A stretch of DNA of 64,000 bases. It comes from Octopus sinensis (lineage: Eukaryota). Positions within the stretch are counted from its first letter, which is position 1; the number at the start of each line of letters is the position of its first letter. The DNA lies in assembly GCF_006345805.1 (NCBI RefSeq), contig NC_043004.1, positions 106,640,001 through 106,704,000 of the forward strand. Reading direction: 5' to 3'. Under the pieces are notes generated by a model. The model was not told the origin of the DNA, made no database searches, and saw nothing but the letters and a program-made list of their open reading frames with translations. A program made the position numbers and the translations under genes. Shown here one piece after another: positions 36,757 through 51,159 of this stretch.

Positions 36757-37599
36757 TACATTCATTAATTACATGATTCAGTAACAATGTCACTATGTAT
36801 AAAACTCATATAGGTATATTAAGTCCTATTTGTCATGTGAAGCTGCCTCACTTCCTGAAGCCCTGAGAAGGTTATCTCAGAATAAGATGCACTGTACGGT
36901 TTGAACTCAACGATGGAAATGAGAGTTCACGTCAGAATGATTACACTGGAAATTCTTGCCTTTATGTTCTATGAACGCGAAAAAATATTGACAGATATAT
37001 AAATAAATTATTATTAGTCGTGTGTATTCGGTAACTCTGAAAAATGTTGAAAAAAACCTCATTGCCTTTTACTACCTCATGTTCCAGAAACAAGAAGCTA
37101 TGAAAAATTAAGAACAATTCTGGGAGAAATTCATCAATTTAAAGATGCTTGAATGGATTTTTAGGATTTTTAGAAAACGATATTGAATTTGAAAATATTT
37201 GTAGAGGAAGCTGTAATAGTTAGAATTCTGTCACAACTTTGAGTAAGGTTTACTTCAATAGATTAACTAATCAATTTATTAATTAGTGATAAAATGCGTG
37301 TGACGATATATTTGTGTGATAGTTATACTAATATAACTGTAAAATGTTATTAATTTTAAATGTTAAACGAAAATAAAACAATGCTGTTGTCCTTCTATTC
37401 ATCTCTCCACCTACAGGTGATAAATTACTTCAACGAAATTATCTGTGGTTGTACAAATATAAACCAGTCATTATTGTCACAGTCAACACGCGTGGAATTT
37501 CCGTGGGTCCAACTAGTATATGTAAACAATCTGCTAAACACCTCCTTTAGAAACAACACCAAACACGAGTTGATGAATTATCTCTCAGGTCAATAAACC

Positions 37600-37850
37600 T
37601 ACGTGGCGTACAATATCAACATATCCAAAAGTTGTCATTTCTTGAACAGAGTAATGCAGGGGTTCATTATCTCACCTTGTCTTTTTAATTTGTACTTATA
37701 TGACATTCCTATAACCTCAGAAAACATACACACAATTACATGCTCAAATGACATCTTGTCTTCGACCATTTTGACTATTTCAGACAAACAGGCTGAAAGT
37801 AAAGTCTTTTACTCGGTACAGACAACTGAAGCAGCATTAAATTAAAATAG
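37600..37850 (+). mobile_element. Highly decayed non-LTR RT fragment
   Basis: VMQGFIISPCLFNLYLYDIP...CSNDI resembles GVPQGS.LSP.LFN.Y..D....YADD. Confidence 0.35.
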
Positions 37851-38899
37851 CCATCCGAATATCATATTCAATGCATAGACACTCTCGATTGACCAATGAC
37901 TGCCGTATTCGTACTTTTGTAGAAGTGCTCCCTCTCATACTTATTGTGTTTTTAACACAGCATGCTCATAAGAGGTGTTATAAGAGATATAACGTGTATA
38001 CATTAAGAGTAATACATAGATGACTTTTTTTAAATATCTATTAAATCTATCATCCTATTTCTTACGATAAAGGCGCATGACTCAGTGGTCGAACTCACAA
38101 TCATGTGGTAGTGAGTTCGATTCTCGGACCGGGCTGTATGTTGTGTTCTTGAGCAAGACACTTTATTTCACGTTGCTCCAGTTCACTCAGCTGTAGAAAT
38201 GAGTTGTGACATCACTGGTGCCAAGCTGTATCGGCCCCTTTGCCTTTGCCTTGGTTAACATCGGTAGCGTAGAGAGGGCGGGGTTGGTAGGTAGGCAACG
38301 TGCTGGTAGAATCGGTGGCACGCCGGGCGAAATGCTTAGCGGTATTTCGTCTACCGTTACGTTCTGAGTTCAGATTCCGCCGAGGTCGACTTTGCCTTTC
38401 ATCCTTTCGGGGGGGGGGTGATTAAATAAGTACCAGTTATGCACTGGGGTCGATATAATCGACTTAATCCGTTTGTCTGTCCTTGTTTGTCCCCTCTGTG
38501 TGTACCCCCTTGTGGGCAGTAAAGAAATAGGTATGGGCAACTGCTGGTCTTCCGTGAACAACCTTGTCCGGACTTGTGCCACGGAGGGTAACTTTCTAGG
38601 TGCAATGCCATGGTCATTTATGACTGAAGGAGGTCTTTACTCTCTTTCCCCATTTCTTACAAGCGAAACAAAAGAATATCCACTTCAACCAATCATCACA
38701 CACATAACATAAACATCACACACACGCTGGAAAAATAAGGTCGATAGAAATTACGCAGAATACAAGTATCACAAATCATGTACATTGCTCCCTTTAAGCT
38801 GTGCGCTTGTGCGCACGCACAAGCTGTACAACTAGCGCACAAAGAGGAAAAATGTACGCATACATAGTTTTCAAAAGGAAATCAAATTTTGTTTTTGTT

Positions 38900-39150
38900 A
38901 AATTGGAGACGGTTATTCACGTAGAGTACATACATTCTTTGCAAAGAAAGACAGAATTTGAGCACAAGAAACCTTTTGTGCACACCCTCAGCAAAAAAAA
39001 AAAGAAAGAAAAACGTCATCAACCCCCTGCGGCTGTTGTTTCGGGACCATTTTCAGTCCCTTCATTGCCACAGGATTTTCCTACTTCGTATCGGTCTTGT
39101 GAGCCACGTCCGCTCCCATGAGAAACAATGTGCTGGAGATGGAGAAGGAT
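38900..39150 (+). mobile_element. RTE-type LINE 3' remnant
   Basis: C-terminal zinc-finger-like motif CHRIFLLRIGLVSHVRSH preceded by a basic stretch. Confidence 0.5.
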
Positions 39151-39679
39151 GAATGCCTTAGATCGACACTGTCACCACCTTTGATGCAAACAGCAATTCT
39201 GATGCAGTAACTGAGAATTTATTCTGGACATGACAACCCCGTTGATTTTATTCAGACAGGTTATCAATGGAAGAATATCGCTTTTTAAAACAGTAGGGTA
39301 TGATATGTAGGAGATTTGGCTGCTGGATATAGCAGCCAAATATCTCCTGCAACATAAAGGGTCTTTCGTTGGGGGGTATTTTACAGATGTTACAGAATTT
39401 AAGAAAATTTCAAAAATTTCAGATGAATACTTCACCATGGGACCTGCACTCAGCTAAATGACTTGGGCTGTTGAAAATTATGTCATTACGCAGTGCTAGA
39501 AATGGGATGGGAACCCGTAGGCCCTTTGAACAATAGACCAGCTCATTAACGACCAAGCCAGCTGCAACTATTTGAGTTAAATAGACCAGTTTAAACGACA
39601 CGTTTTTTTTTATTTGACTCAACTGACGTAAAATAAACATCTTATCTACATTCCAGCTTGATATAACACTTTACTTCGA

Positions 39680-40149
39680 GTGGCGGGGGTCTTGGCGGAG
39701 AGGTTTGGCGGGGTGGTGATGCTGATTGACGCGTTGAGACGCCAAGTCCACCATTCCTTACATTCACACACACACACTCACACACACACACACACACACA
39801 CTCACATACTCACACACTTCGATACCGCCACTCTTCAGTACAGTCGGCGGTTGAGTCAACTAAGAAAAAGAAAAACTGCATGGTTAACCTCAGCTGTGAA
39901 ATGTTGGGGGTGGAGTGACATGTCGAGATACATTAGAGATGGTGGTGGGTTCAGTGGAAAGAACAGGGGTAGGTTTTTGGCGAGTTGGGGTGGGGGAGAT
40001 TGCGTGCGGTGTGAGAAGAGAAGGAGGTCACGGGGCGGGAAAAGTTAAACATTTTATTTAATCGGAACGTTGAGTGGATGGTCGCGGCGGGTTGTGTGGT
40101 CGTTGCATGGCGAATGTGGTGGGGTTTCGCGGACCCATATTAAAACTAG
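39680..40149 (+). mobile_element. Helitron-like 3' terminus (5' limit uncertain)
   Basis: Hairpin GGGT-TTCGCGG-ACCC (40122-40136) then ATATTAAAA CTAG|T; upstream sequence is CpG-rich. Confidence 0.4.
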
Positions 40150-40521
40150 TAATAAACCAAAATTCCATTGTGGCCCCATTTCCAACTGCAGATTAGGTAT
40201 TTTAGTAATTAGGGGCTAAATGTATATGATTTATGTATGGGTGACTTGTATATTATACATGTACATAATCTACTTACTAGTTACAGCAGAATAAAAGAAT
40301 GGGAACAGTTTACTTGTTTACGTTATTGAACTGTGGCCATGCTGCAGCACTGACTTAAAGGGTTTAATCTATTAAATCAACCCCGGTACTTTGTTCAAGT
40401 CTGCTACTGATTTATCGGTTTCTTATGCCGAGCTGCTAAGTTACGGGGACATCAACAAACTAACACCGGTTGTCAAGCGGTCGGCGAGGCAACAAACACA
40501 AATACACTTACATAAATATCA

Positions 40522-40553
<32 letters not shown>

Positions 40554-40704
40554 GGGCTTCCACATAGTTTCCGTTTACCAAATTTACTCACAAGGCTTTG
40601 GTCAGCCAAGGGCTATAGTAGAAAACTTTTGCCCAAGGTACCGGGCAACTGAACTGAACCCAAAACCATGTGCTAGCAAAATAAGCTTTTTAACTACACA
40701 ACTA

Positions 40705-41025
40705 TTTTATTATTTATGCGCCCTTTTCAAGCCTAGCCAGGCTCATGGGCCCGGTTTCCCGGTTTCTGTGGCGTATGTGTTCCCCCCCCCCCAGCTGGAC
40801 GGGACGCCAGTCCATCGCAGCGTTACTCACGAAACAGGAAGAGAGAGTGAGAGAAAGTTGGGGTGAAAGAGCACAACAGGGGTCACAACCACCCCGTGCC
40901 GGATCCTAGTGGACTCTTTAGGTATTTTCGCTCAATAGACACATCCAACGCCCGGTCTGGGAATCGAAACCGCGATCCTCCGACCGCGAGTCCGCTGCCC
41001 TAACCACTGGGCCATTGCGACTCCA
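40705..41025 (-). mobile_element. tRNA-headed SINE (family E)
   Basis: Minus-strand head GTGGAGTCGCAATGGCCCAGTGGTTAGGGC...GGTTTCGATTCCC with A and B boxes but no acceptor stem. Confidence 0.7.
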
Positions 41026-44000
41026 CAACTACACAACTATGCTTGTGCCTAAAAAATAAATGGTCATTCATTACTAAAGAATCCTCATTGCCGCTAGATA
41101 GTGGAGTAGACCCCCTTTAGGTCCGTGGCAAGTTGCCCAAATCCTTCCTGTTTGTATGGTGGTTTCGCGGTAAGGTAAGGTGAAGACGGATAAGTAAGAA
41201 AGAGAGAGAGAGAGAGGGGGTGGTTAAATTCTTGGAGGATGATGATGGTATTTTAGTACAGAGAATACACTGCTACGTTCGAAACTATTTCTATGACGCA
41301 GCAAAACAAACGAGAATTAGTTGGGACATTGTTTTCTTTTGTGTAAGTGGTGGTGGGAAGAGTCGTAATGGTTACCGTGCTTTGATATACGTAGTCGTGA
41401 TGTTTATTATTCGTGGGGTTTGTTAATGTGGTGAGCAGACAGAATCGTCAGCTAGCTGGACAAAATGCTTAGCGGGATTTCGTCCGTCTTTACGTTCTGA
41501 GTTCAAATTCAGCCGCAGTCGACTTTGGCTTTCCTCCAATCGGGGTCGATGAAATAAGAACCAGTTCAACACTGGAGTCGATGTAATCGACTTACACCCG
41601 CACCCGAAATTTGCTGGCCTTGTGCTAATATTTGAAATCATTATTACTGAGATTTGTTAAGGCAGAATCGTTAACACACCAGGCGAAATGCTTAGCGGTA
41701 TTTTGTCTGCCGCTAACGTTCTGAGTTCAAATTCCGCCGAGGTCGACTTTGCCTTTCATCCTTTCGGGGTCGATTGAATAAGTACCAGTTATGCACTAGA
41801 GTCGATCTAATCGACTTAATCCGTTTGTCTGTCCTTGTTAGTCCTCTCTGTGTTTAGCCCCTTGTGGGTAGTAAAGAAATAGGTATTTCGTCCGTCTCCG
41901 TGTTCCAAGTTCAAATTCCACTGGAAGTCGACTTCGCCTTGCATCCTTTCGGAGTCAATAAAATAAGTATCAGTTAAACAGTGGAGTCGATGTAGTCGAC
42001 TTACCCTCTCTCCAAATATTTCAGGCCTTGTGCATATAATAGAAAGAATTACGACGGGGTTTCGTAAAGCGGCTAACTGGCAGAATCGTTAGCGCGTCGG
42101 ACAAAATTCTTACACGTATTCCTTCTGTCACTTGGCGTCGTCAGTTCAAATCCCACCAAGACCAGCTATTCTTTCTACCTTTCCAAGCCCATAAAATAAG
42201 TACTAGTTGAACACTCTCTAAGCAAATTCTTGCCCTTGGAGACTACGAATGCTGGATTTTAAAGTGTTGGCGGTGATCGTAGTGCAATTGTGTTCATGTT
42301 AGCGAGTTGTCTCAATCGAGAAGACTAATGGGAAGTAGATTAATCCTCTTGGTATGATTCACAAATCAAGAGTGCAACACCTTCACTTGGTTGAGACTCC
42401 GTTGCTTACTCCGTGTTGTCATCGTATTGGGTGACGTGTTACAGTCCCAGCATGTTGCTGTACTCTTCTTATCCTGCCCAATCTGTAAGATCACGGTTTC
42501 GATTCGTGGACGGCTGATGCATCGTGTTCTTAAGCAAAACACTTCATTTCACGTTGCTCCGGTTCACTCAACTATAAATGAATTCCAGAAAACCTGAAAA
42601 GTTAACCCTGTGATGGACCAGCGTCCAGTTCAGGCGATGGATGTTGCAACCTCAGTCACTTATACGCTTTGGAAACCAGTTTAGCTCCGGCCTTGAGTCC
42701 TATGGCATAACTGACCTAAGCTCAGCTAATCATTAACTCTAGAACAATTATTCTCAAACTGACAAATACCAGACATCTCAACTAAAAAAAAAAAGTGGGG
42801 GACCAAATTCCCCTCCCCGCGTTTTATTACATCTGTATAATTCTTCTATCTTCGCCACGGTACTGAACGTGGGCTGAAATAGTTTTAAATCATTTGATTT
42901 TAGTAAACATGACAATTTTACGCTCTCCTTCCTTCCTTACAGCCCCCCCCCCCGCGTAAAAGAAATCCCTCTAGAACAAGGTTTCAGTTTTCCATCGGAC
43001 TCATTATGCTTCATCAATGTCTTGTACCTGTCATTTAAGTCAAAGTTGATAATCTGAGGAGTGACACGTTTCATTAGACTGATTTTTCACTTTGATACAC
43101 TGCATGGATCATCTCATTCTTCTTATTATTGGAAAGTTCCAGTGAGAACATCATATTACTTGCATAGAAACTCCCCCTTTAATTGCCGGTTTGCTCAAGC
43201 AATTTAACTAAATATGAAAATGTAGTGGAGTATGAGTCCGACGTTTAGCAGAACGATAACAACTCCGGACATATTTCGGTTTTATTAAAGACCATCAATG
43301 AGGGATAATCTAACCATATCTTCAAGATCTTCGAATGACTAAAGAGAAACAAGGTTTGTGAATGAACACAAAGTGGCTTAATAACTTTAAAAATTGACTG
43401 AGGAAAATACCTCGGGACGATTGGTGCCTCTGTCATTTTTTTACCATAATTGATCAGTTAAATGATCATCATTGTTCATGACACCATGGATACAATTTTA
43501 ACTAATTAAAATTTCTTGGCCTATTTCATTAAGTATATTATCACCTATTTTACTATTAAGTTTTTTATGCAGTAGCAGTTCCTGCCCAGTGATACTGCTA
43601 CAGACAAAGATGACAGATCTAGATAATTGTGCAGTATAGCAATACTGAAATTATCTTTGTTGCGACCTGTAAATATCTGAAAAACATCTAAGGCACATCG
43701 TCGGTATATTTCAAATACGCTTGGTATATATACCTTATACTTTATCCTAGATATGACAGTTCACATTTGACTTTCTAAAAATTATTATCCATGTAATTAC
43801 TGGCAGGAGTCGATGAAACTTAATTCAATGATTAGCTGCGGCCCAATATTTACTCACTTCTCAGTAGCATACCTAGTGGGGAGGGCGAGGGGAGACGTAT
43901 ACCTCGGGCGACGGATATCATGTACTGTGCTTCTCAACCGGAATCCACAAAAATATGAGGGTGACACTTAAGGGTCTATGCAATATGTATTGGGTGAGGG

Positions 44001-45382
44001 TAGGCGCAAATTCAAGGGCTGCCGGTTGGCACGTTCAATGGCTGCCGGTTTCAACGCTACCGTTATTTTTACTAGAAATTCACTTCAGATGTGTATCAGA
44101 TTCATACTAATTATAGTAATATATGATAGTTGCAGTGTGTAATGAAATTTACTTTAGTTGTACCTCTGACCTTGTTCAAAAATATCCAGGTCCTAACTAG
44201 AAAAAGTAACATTACCCAATGTAAGTTCCATGCACATCAAATATACCTGCCTACTTTATAGTATATCTTAACTATAACCAAGCCATTAGTAAACTAGTCT
44301 TAATTTTTTAGCACCTCGGTTTCATCGAGAATATTTGTCACAAGTCTTAATATGGGATAATCGTTTTTAAAATACACAGCTGTAGTCAGTTTAACGTTCA
44401 ACAAACTCATTAAAAGTTGCTAATTAATCGCCACTTACTACGAAATACGCTTCTGAAAATTTTTGTTGAATTATTCCTTGTTTATTGAACAAATATCGTT
44501 ATCAACGGGGAAACTATACGCAACGACTTGCAACCAACTAAAACAAACACCATTGCTCTGAACGGTGATGTCTCCATAAATACAGAGGTGTCTGAACAGA
44601 TCAGTAAAGCAAGCAGTCAGACTCGTTAACCAAGTTTATCATATTGCACAGCTTTGTTTTAGTTCATATTCCTTCTTGAAAACTGGCTTAAAATCGAGAG
44701 AATGTCTCCAAAATAAGTTTTACACTCCAAATCTAATTTTTCAGTAAAACGTAAACGCAAAGCTGACAATAGTTTAAGGATGAAGGTGTGAGTCAATAGT
44801 TGTGAACTAGTTGAGTGTCATAGAGTAGAAATAAGCTACCAGCAAACCAAACCTGTATATGGGTTTTGATATGCGCTTCGAATGAATGACGCTAATGTCC
44901 TCGGAAAACCAAGACCACCATAGTTTCAGGTTCTTTCTGTGGTAATTCATAATAGGAATCACTCTTTAATGGTTACTATTAATCCGTAGCGTAGCGCTAG
45001 GGGTAAGGCAAGTACTATGGGCAGGGTGCGCTATTATTATTATTGTTGTTATTTTTGTATTTGTTGACACCATGTTTCATCCAGAGACCTCAAGAAACAA
45101 TAAGTTAGAAGTTCAAATTGGTGTTATTTCTAGAGTGCCATATTTTTGGTTTTGCACAGCGCATAACCTTGGGCCTAGTTAGACTTTTCTTCAAGTCGAG
45201 TAGCCCATCCTACTCAAAAGGTCCCTGGATAAGGTTTGTTTGAGGATGATGAATGAAACACTCATGTTTTCAGAGGCGGATTATTCAAATTCCAAAGAAT
45301 TCCTCTCAACACATGGTTATGATGCTCCCCCACAACCTCTTGTGGTTAGAGATGCACTTATCGTCAACCACTATTATTATTA

Positions 45383-45420
<38 letters not shown>

Positions 45421-45999
45421 GTTGTTGTTGTTGTTGAGTAAGAGAGCGGTGCATGCCATCAAAGTGACACCAGGGTAAAATATACGAAGCCCAGTATACC
45501 CATCATGACTACCTGTCTGATAAGGGTACCAGACACATACATCACAACTATATGTGTGTGACATAGTGATCTCACATCAAGATAAACAGTACATAACCTT
45601 GTAGGCCGGACGAAATGCTTAGCAGTATTTTGCCCGTCGCTACACTCTGAGTTCAAATTCTGCCGAGGTCGACTTTGCCTTTCATCCTTTCGGGGTCGAT
45701 AAATTAAGTACTAGCTGCGTACTGGGGTCGACTAACTGACTGCCCCCACCCCACTCCCCAAAAATTTCAAACCGTGTACCTATAGTAGAAAAGGTTATTC
45801 AGGCGGTGACTTGGCAGAATCGTGAGCTGGTCGGACAAAAATATTTAACGGCATTTACGTTCTGAGTTCATAGACCTCCAAGACTGATTTTGCCTTTTAT
45901 CATTTCGAGATCGTTAAAATAAGTGTCAGTTGAGTACTGGGGTCGATGTAATCGATTTACCGACTCTCATATAAATTTGCTTCCCTTAGCGCATCTCTC

Positions 46000-46334
46000 T
46001 CTATATAAACAGCAAAATGTCTGTGTGTGTGTCCTTTATACAAATCCATTTTTCAGCTAGAGGGCTCGCACTGTCTATGGTCATTCAAAACCGTCCAAGG
46101 GTGGTCGTGCACATCTTTACATTTCACCAGTCACCCAGCAAAGCCATTAAAAAAATCAATAGAAGTGACATTTTTGTGATTTTTCTATCCAATTGTGAAG
46201 TTTCTATGCCCGAAACTTAATACGCCAATTGAATGCCAGCTAGCAGTATGTGATTGGTCGGAGATTTGGACAGTACTTGCGTGCATGTGCGCACGCACGC
46301 AGCTGTATATGCATGCACTAGCACATAGTGCTAG
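46000..46334 (+). mobile_element. Helitron-like non-autonomous element
   Basis: Starts tctctctctatataaac and ends in the hairpin CACTA-GCACA-TAGTG followed by CTAG|T. Confidence 0.4.
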
Positions 46335-47339
46335 TAGTGAAATAAAGTTATTAAGTACCTTATTTGAAACTAAATATAACAATTAGATGTTTTGAAGGTG
46401 CGTGGTCAAGCGTTTAAAACTGTTAGATTCACAATCGTAAGGTCGAGAATTCGATTCTCGGACGAGGCGTTGTGTCCTTAGACAAAACACTTCATTTCAC
46501 GATGCTCCAGTCTACTCGGATGAAAATGAGTTCCGACTGCTGTAGCCTGATAGTCCCAAATCTTTTAAATACAAGGCGTGAACGGTCCTTGATGGCTACG
46601 GTACACTGGATAATAATTATGTTTTACTATAACAAATCAGAGTTTCTTATGGAGAATTCAGTTCAGAATCTATTTCAGACAAGGCTACATGGCTGAAATA
46701 TAAGGTTAAAACAGTTTCGTTTGCTGCTCATTGTCATGTTCAGATTTATTGAATAATTACGAGACTGTAGTCAACAAACACTACCACAATATTATAATTT
46801 ACTGAATGTAACGCATTGTACCAGATTTGATGACATATAAGGCGCACACTTTTTCCAAAAGAAAAAGAAAATCTCAAAATGTCACCCCAGGTCCTATATC
46901 CAAAATTACTTTCAATATTGCATGCTTTGATGCACTAAAAACTATTTTCTCTTGAATATACGCTACTGAAATTAGAATACGCCTAATATACTCGTACTTT
47001 TTTTTTATGCAAATCAGATGTGGTAGATTTCAATTTATAGTATAGTCAGGTTGGGAGTGTAGAAGTTAGGGTGTTGATCGTAAGATTGTGATTTCAATTC
47101 CTGGACCGGGTTGTGCATTGTGTTCTTGAGCAAAACACTTCATTTCATGTTGCTCCAATCCACTCAGCTGGTAAAAATGACTAATCCTGCAACGGACCAG
47201 CATCCTGTCCATCCTGAACGAAAATAAATGAACTGTGACCAATAAAAGGAGCTCGAGTTATTGGCTGCAATTATATACTTGAGATCAATATTGGCAGAAA
47301 TTAAATCAGCTTGCAAATACACGTTCACATCATCAAATC

Positions 47340-49760
47340 TGTACTCGGGCTAAGCCCGAGTACAGTCCGAGTGTCGAACGCTGAAGCTCTCCGCCAACTT
47401 CAAGACACCTCCCTCTACTGCCCTCTGCCCTTCAACCTCACGCCTAGCTACCAACAGACCATGTCTTCCACTATCCGTCACCTCATCTCCTCCTCCCGTC
47501 TCCCTTCAACCGCCTCCAACCTCATCGTCTGCACTCCTCGCACCCCCACCATTTACTTCCTTCCCAAAATCCACAAACGCAACAACCCTGGCACCTCATC
47601 GTCTCCGCCTGTAACTGTCCCACGGAACTGATCTATGAATACCTCGACCGTGTCCTTGCTACCCTAGTGGCTTCCCTCCCCTCACACATCCACGACACTA
47701 ACCATGCTCTTCGTCCTTTTCAACTCCTTCTCTTTCCCTCCTGGTCCCTCTAAACTTCTCTTCACTCTCGATATCAAGAGTCTATATACGGTGATCCCAC
47801 ACCACGAAGGACTTCTTACCCTCAAACACTTCATAGACAATTTAACCCTGACACGTCCACACTTTTTCGTCTAGCCGAACTTGTTCTCTCCCTCAACTTC
47901 TTCACGTCCACGGGGGACTTTTACCAATATGTCTCGGGAGTGGCCATGGGAACGAGAATGGACCCCAACTATGCGAACCTGTTTGTTGGCTACGTTGAGG
48001 CCCAAATATTTTCAAGATTCACTTGTCCCACTCCCGAACTATACGGTCGTTATATTGATGACTGTATCAGTGCGACTTCGTTCTCCCACGAACAATCCTT
48101 CCATCCTGCTCTCTAATTCTCCTGCACCATTTCCAACACTCCGTTGCCTTTTTCGACATTTCGGTCAACGTACATAACTCCACTCTCACTACCTCCATCC
48201 ACTACAAACACACCGACTCACGCTCATACCTTAACTTCTCCTCCTCCCACCCTACCCACGCCAAGCTCTCCATCCCCTACTCCCAATTCCTCCGTCTGCG
48301 TAAGCTCTGCAGTGACAACCATGACTTTGAGACTCAGTCTCAACTCATGGCTCGTCATTTCATCCTTCGTGGATATCCCCTCACCACTATCCACACCACT
48401 CTTACCAGAGCACGTTCCGTGGACCGTGCCTCTGCTCTCTCTCACCGCCGTTACCCGTCTCCCATTTCCACTCGCCTACCACCCCTCTACCCTGCCCCTT
48501 CAACTCACCATTCTCCGAGCCTTCCGGTGACTCCAGTCCGACCCCTCCACTTCGCACATCTTCCCCAACCTACTCCTACCCTTCTTCAAACGAGCCCACA
48601 ATATGCGTGACCTCCTGGCCCAGTTTCTTCCCTAACCCCACCTCCCAACCTGGCCCGTTCCTCTGCTCCCGCCGATGCTGTCGCACTTGCCCTTACCTCT
48701 CCAACACCACCATCCTCACCGGTACCCATCATCGTCCCTATCATATCATTGGTTCCTTTACATGCACTTCTAGCAATGTCATTTACTGCATCTCCTGCTC
48801 TTTCTGTCTTCTCTGTACATCGGTCAAACGGGACGCCGCTTGGTTGACCGGTTCGCGGAGCACCTCCGAGACATTAGACTCGGCAACAACACCCCGGTCT
48901 CGCGCCATTTCCGCTCTACCAGTCATTCATTACAACACCTGTCTGCCTTAGGATTGTCTTTGCACAGGGGCCACCCGGGCTCCTACCTTCGCCGTGAACA
49001 GGAATTAATCTTCTCTCTTCACTCCATTGCGCCACGTGGGCTCAACTCCCCTCCCCTCTTCATCTGACTCCCCTTCTCTCCTATCTTCATCTCACACCTA
49101 CTTCCTCTTTTCACTCCTACCCACCTCTCCTCTCTTGTCCTAGCACCTACTTCCTCACTTCATTCCTATCCACCTTCTCCCTTTATCGATACCCCCTCCA
49201 TTCACACCCAACCCCTACACATCCCTCTCCCACATACCCCACCCCTACCCCACATCTTTATCCCAATCCCACCCTCGCATCCCCACACCCCTACACCGTC
49301 ACACCACATCACACACCACCACACCACCCCGCACACACTAGCACTGACCACTTCCCAGCACCCACACCATCATCCACACAGCCACACATTACAGATGCAC
49401 ACACGCACACATCCACACGTCAAAGTCACCAGCCCCTATCCACACGCACACATTTACACACTCTCACATACACACGCACGCGCACCTTCATTTTGGGATC
49501 ACCATTACTTTATTATCTCCCCTTCTTCTTAGCTCTCCTGTCTAACTACCTTTGTCCAGCCAGCCGCCATGACTGACCGCTAGCTCCAAAAGCATTTTTT
49601 TAATTCTCCCTCTGTTTATTTCCTCGTGTTCCTTTCTGTTGAAGAGCGTAGGCTCGAAACATAAAAGACTTTCTCACCTTCTCGAACGTTAAACTAATAC
49701 ATCTGTTTGTTGTTTATACACCTGTCGTCGTCTTTTGTTTTTCTGCAAATTTCAACTATA
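47340..49760 (+). mobile_element. Decayed Penelope-like element (RT + GIY-YIG endonuclease + 3' tail)
   Basis: Fragmented frames give LPKIHK, LDIKSLYT.IPH, GVAMGT, RYIDDC and HYKHTD..YLNFSSSHP..SIPYSQFLRLR. The endonuclease region reads CRTCPY..FTCTSSNVIYCISC..GRRL.DRFAEHL. The tail at 49555-49760 matches 700-940 in reverse. Confidence 0.88.
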
Positions 49761-50520
49761 GAAATATATACGCCACGAAAACTGGGAGACCAGTCCCTAT
49801 GAGTCTATAGGGCTCGAGAAGGATGCTTTTGATCCTTTTTTTTTCTTTATCCAGAATGGAATCAACCAAAAAACAAAATAAACACATGCTTTAAGATATA
49901 AAGAGAAGGGGGCTGCCAAAGTTTTATTTCATTGCCAAATTTACCAGGAGATAAATTATGCAGATGATCAAGGGTCCCACAATCTAGGAATCGAACAAAT
50001 ATATCTAGGGTTGGATTTGCTTCTAAAGTACAGTGGATATTAACTCTCTCACCAACCAGCGAGATAACCAGATGAAGGATCCTTTGCATTAGTGGTCCCC
50101 ACTCCTTGCCTTACATCCCGAGGAAATGTTTGATTAATCTTCACAGCCCTCTACAAAACTAATGTCGCAGGTATGGCGACATGGTTAAGAAGCGCGCTTT
50201 GCAACCGAATGGGTTTTTTTTTCTTTTTTGGTTCAGTCTCATTCCATAACTCTTTGCGTAAGTGTCATCTACCATAACCATTGCCTTGGGAATAAATTTG
50301 GTAGACGAAAACTCTGTAGAAACCCGTCTTATATGTGTGTTGTGTGCGTATGTATGTATATATTCATGCATGCATGTGTAGGTAGGTAGGTAGGTAGGTA
50401 GGAAGGTAGGTAGGTAGGTAGGTAGGTAGGTAGGTATGTGGGTAGGTAGGTAGATAGGTAGGTAAGTAGGTAGGTAGGTAGGTAGGTAGGTATATGTATG
50501 CATGTATAGATAGATAGTGT

Positions 50521-50570
<50 letters not shown>

Positions 50571-50589
50571 AAGAAGAAAATGTTACTCA

Positions 50590-51115
50590 TATAGTTAGTG
50601 GATGTAGCATGCTGGCGCAGGAAGAATACAAGAAAAGTCATGACAACTTAGGGAGAATAATCCACTGAGAGTTATGTAGAAAGCTAGGATTTTACCATAC
50701 TGACGCATGGTATGAACATGAACTTAGTAAAGTACTAGAAAGTAAGAAATATAAGATGTTGTGGGACTTTAACATTCAGATTGACAGGGTAATAGAAAAT
50801 AGAAGACCCGATTTAGTAGTAGCAGAGAATATAAAGTGGCAGATAATTGACTTTACAGTCCCAAATAATGAAAAAATTAATATGAGAGGTATAGAACAAA
50901 TAGCAAAGTACCAGGACCTAGCCATTGAATAACAGAGACTATGGAAAGAGTGGGTAAACTGTATCCCAGTGGTTATAGATGCATTGGGAACTGTCCCTAA
51001 AAATTTGAACTGATGGATAGAAGAAATAGGCATAAAACCCAATTTAGTACAGCTCCAGAAAACAGTGTTATTAGGGACCGCTAGGATACTTAGGAAGGTT
51101 CTTGGTATCTAAGGT
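50590..51115 (+). mobile_element. R4/Dong-like LINE 3' fragment (restriction-like endonuclease domain)
   Basis: WYEHE..VLE...KMLWDFNIQIDRVIENRRPDLVV...IIDFTVP...KYQDLAIE...IPVVI.ALG...LQKTVLLGTARILRKVL, with stops. Confidence 0.75.
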
Positions 51116-51159
51116 TACTTGTTGTAACCCGATGCTAAGATTTTTTTTCTTTTCCAACA

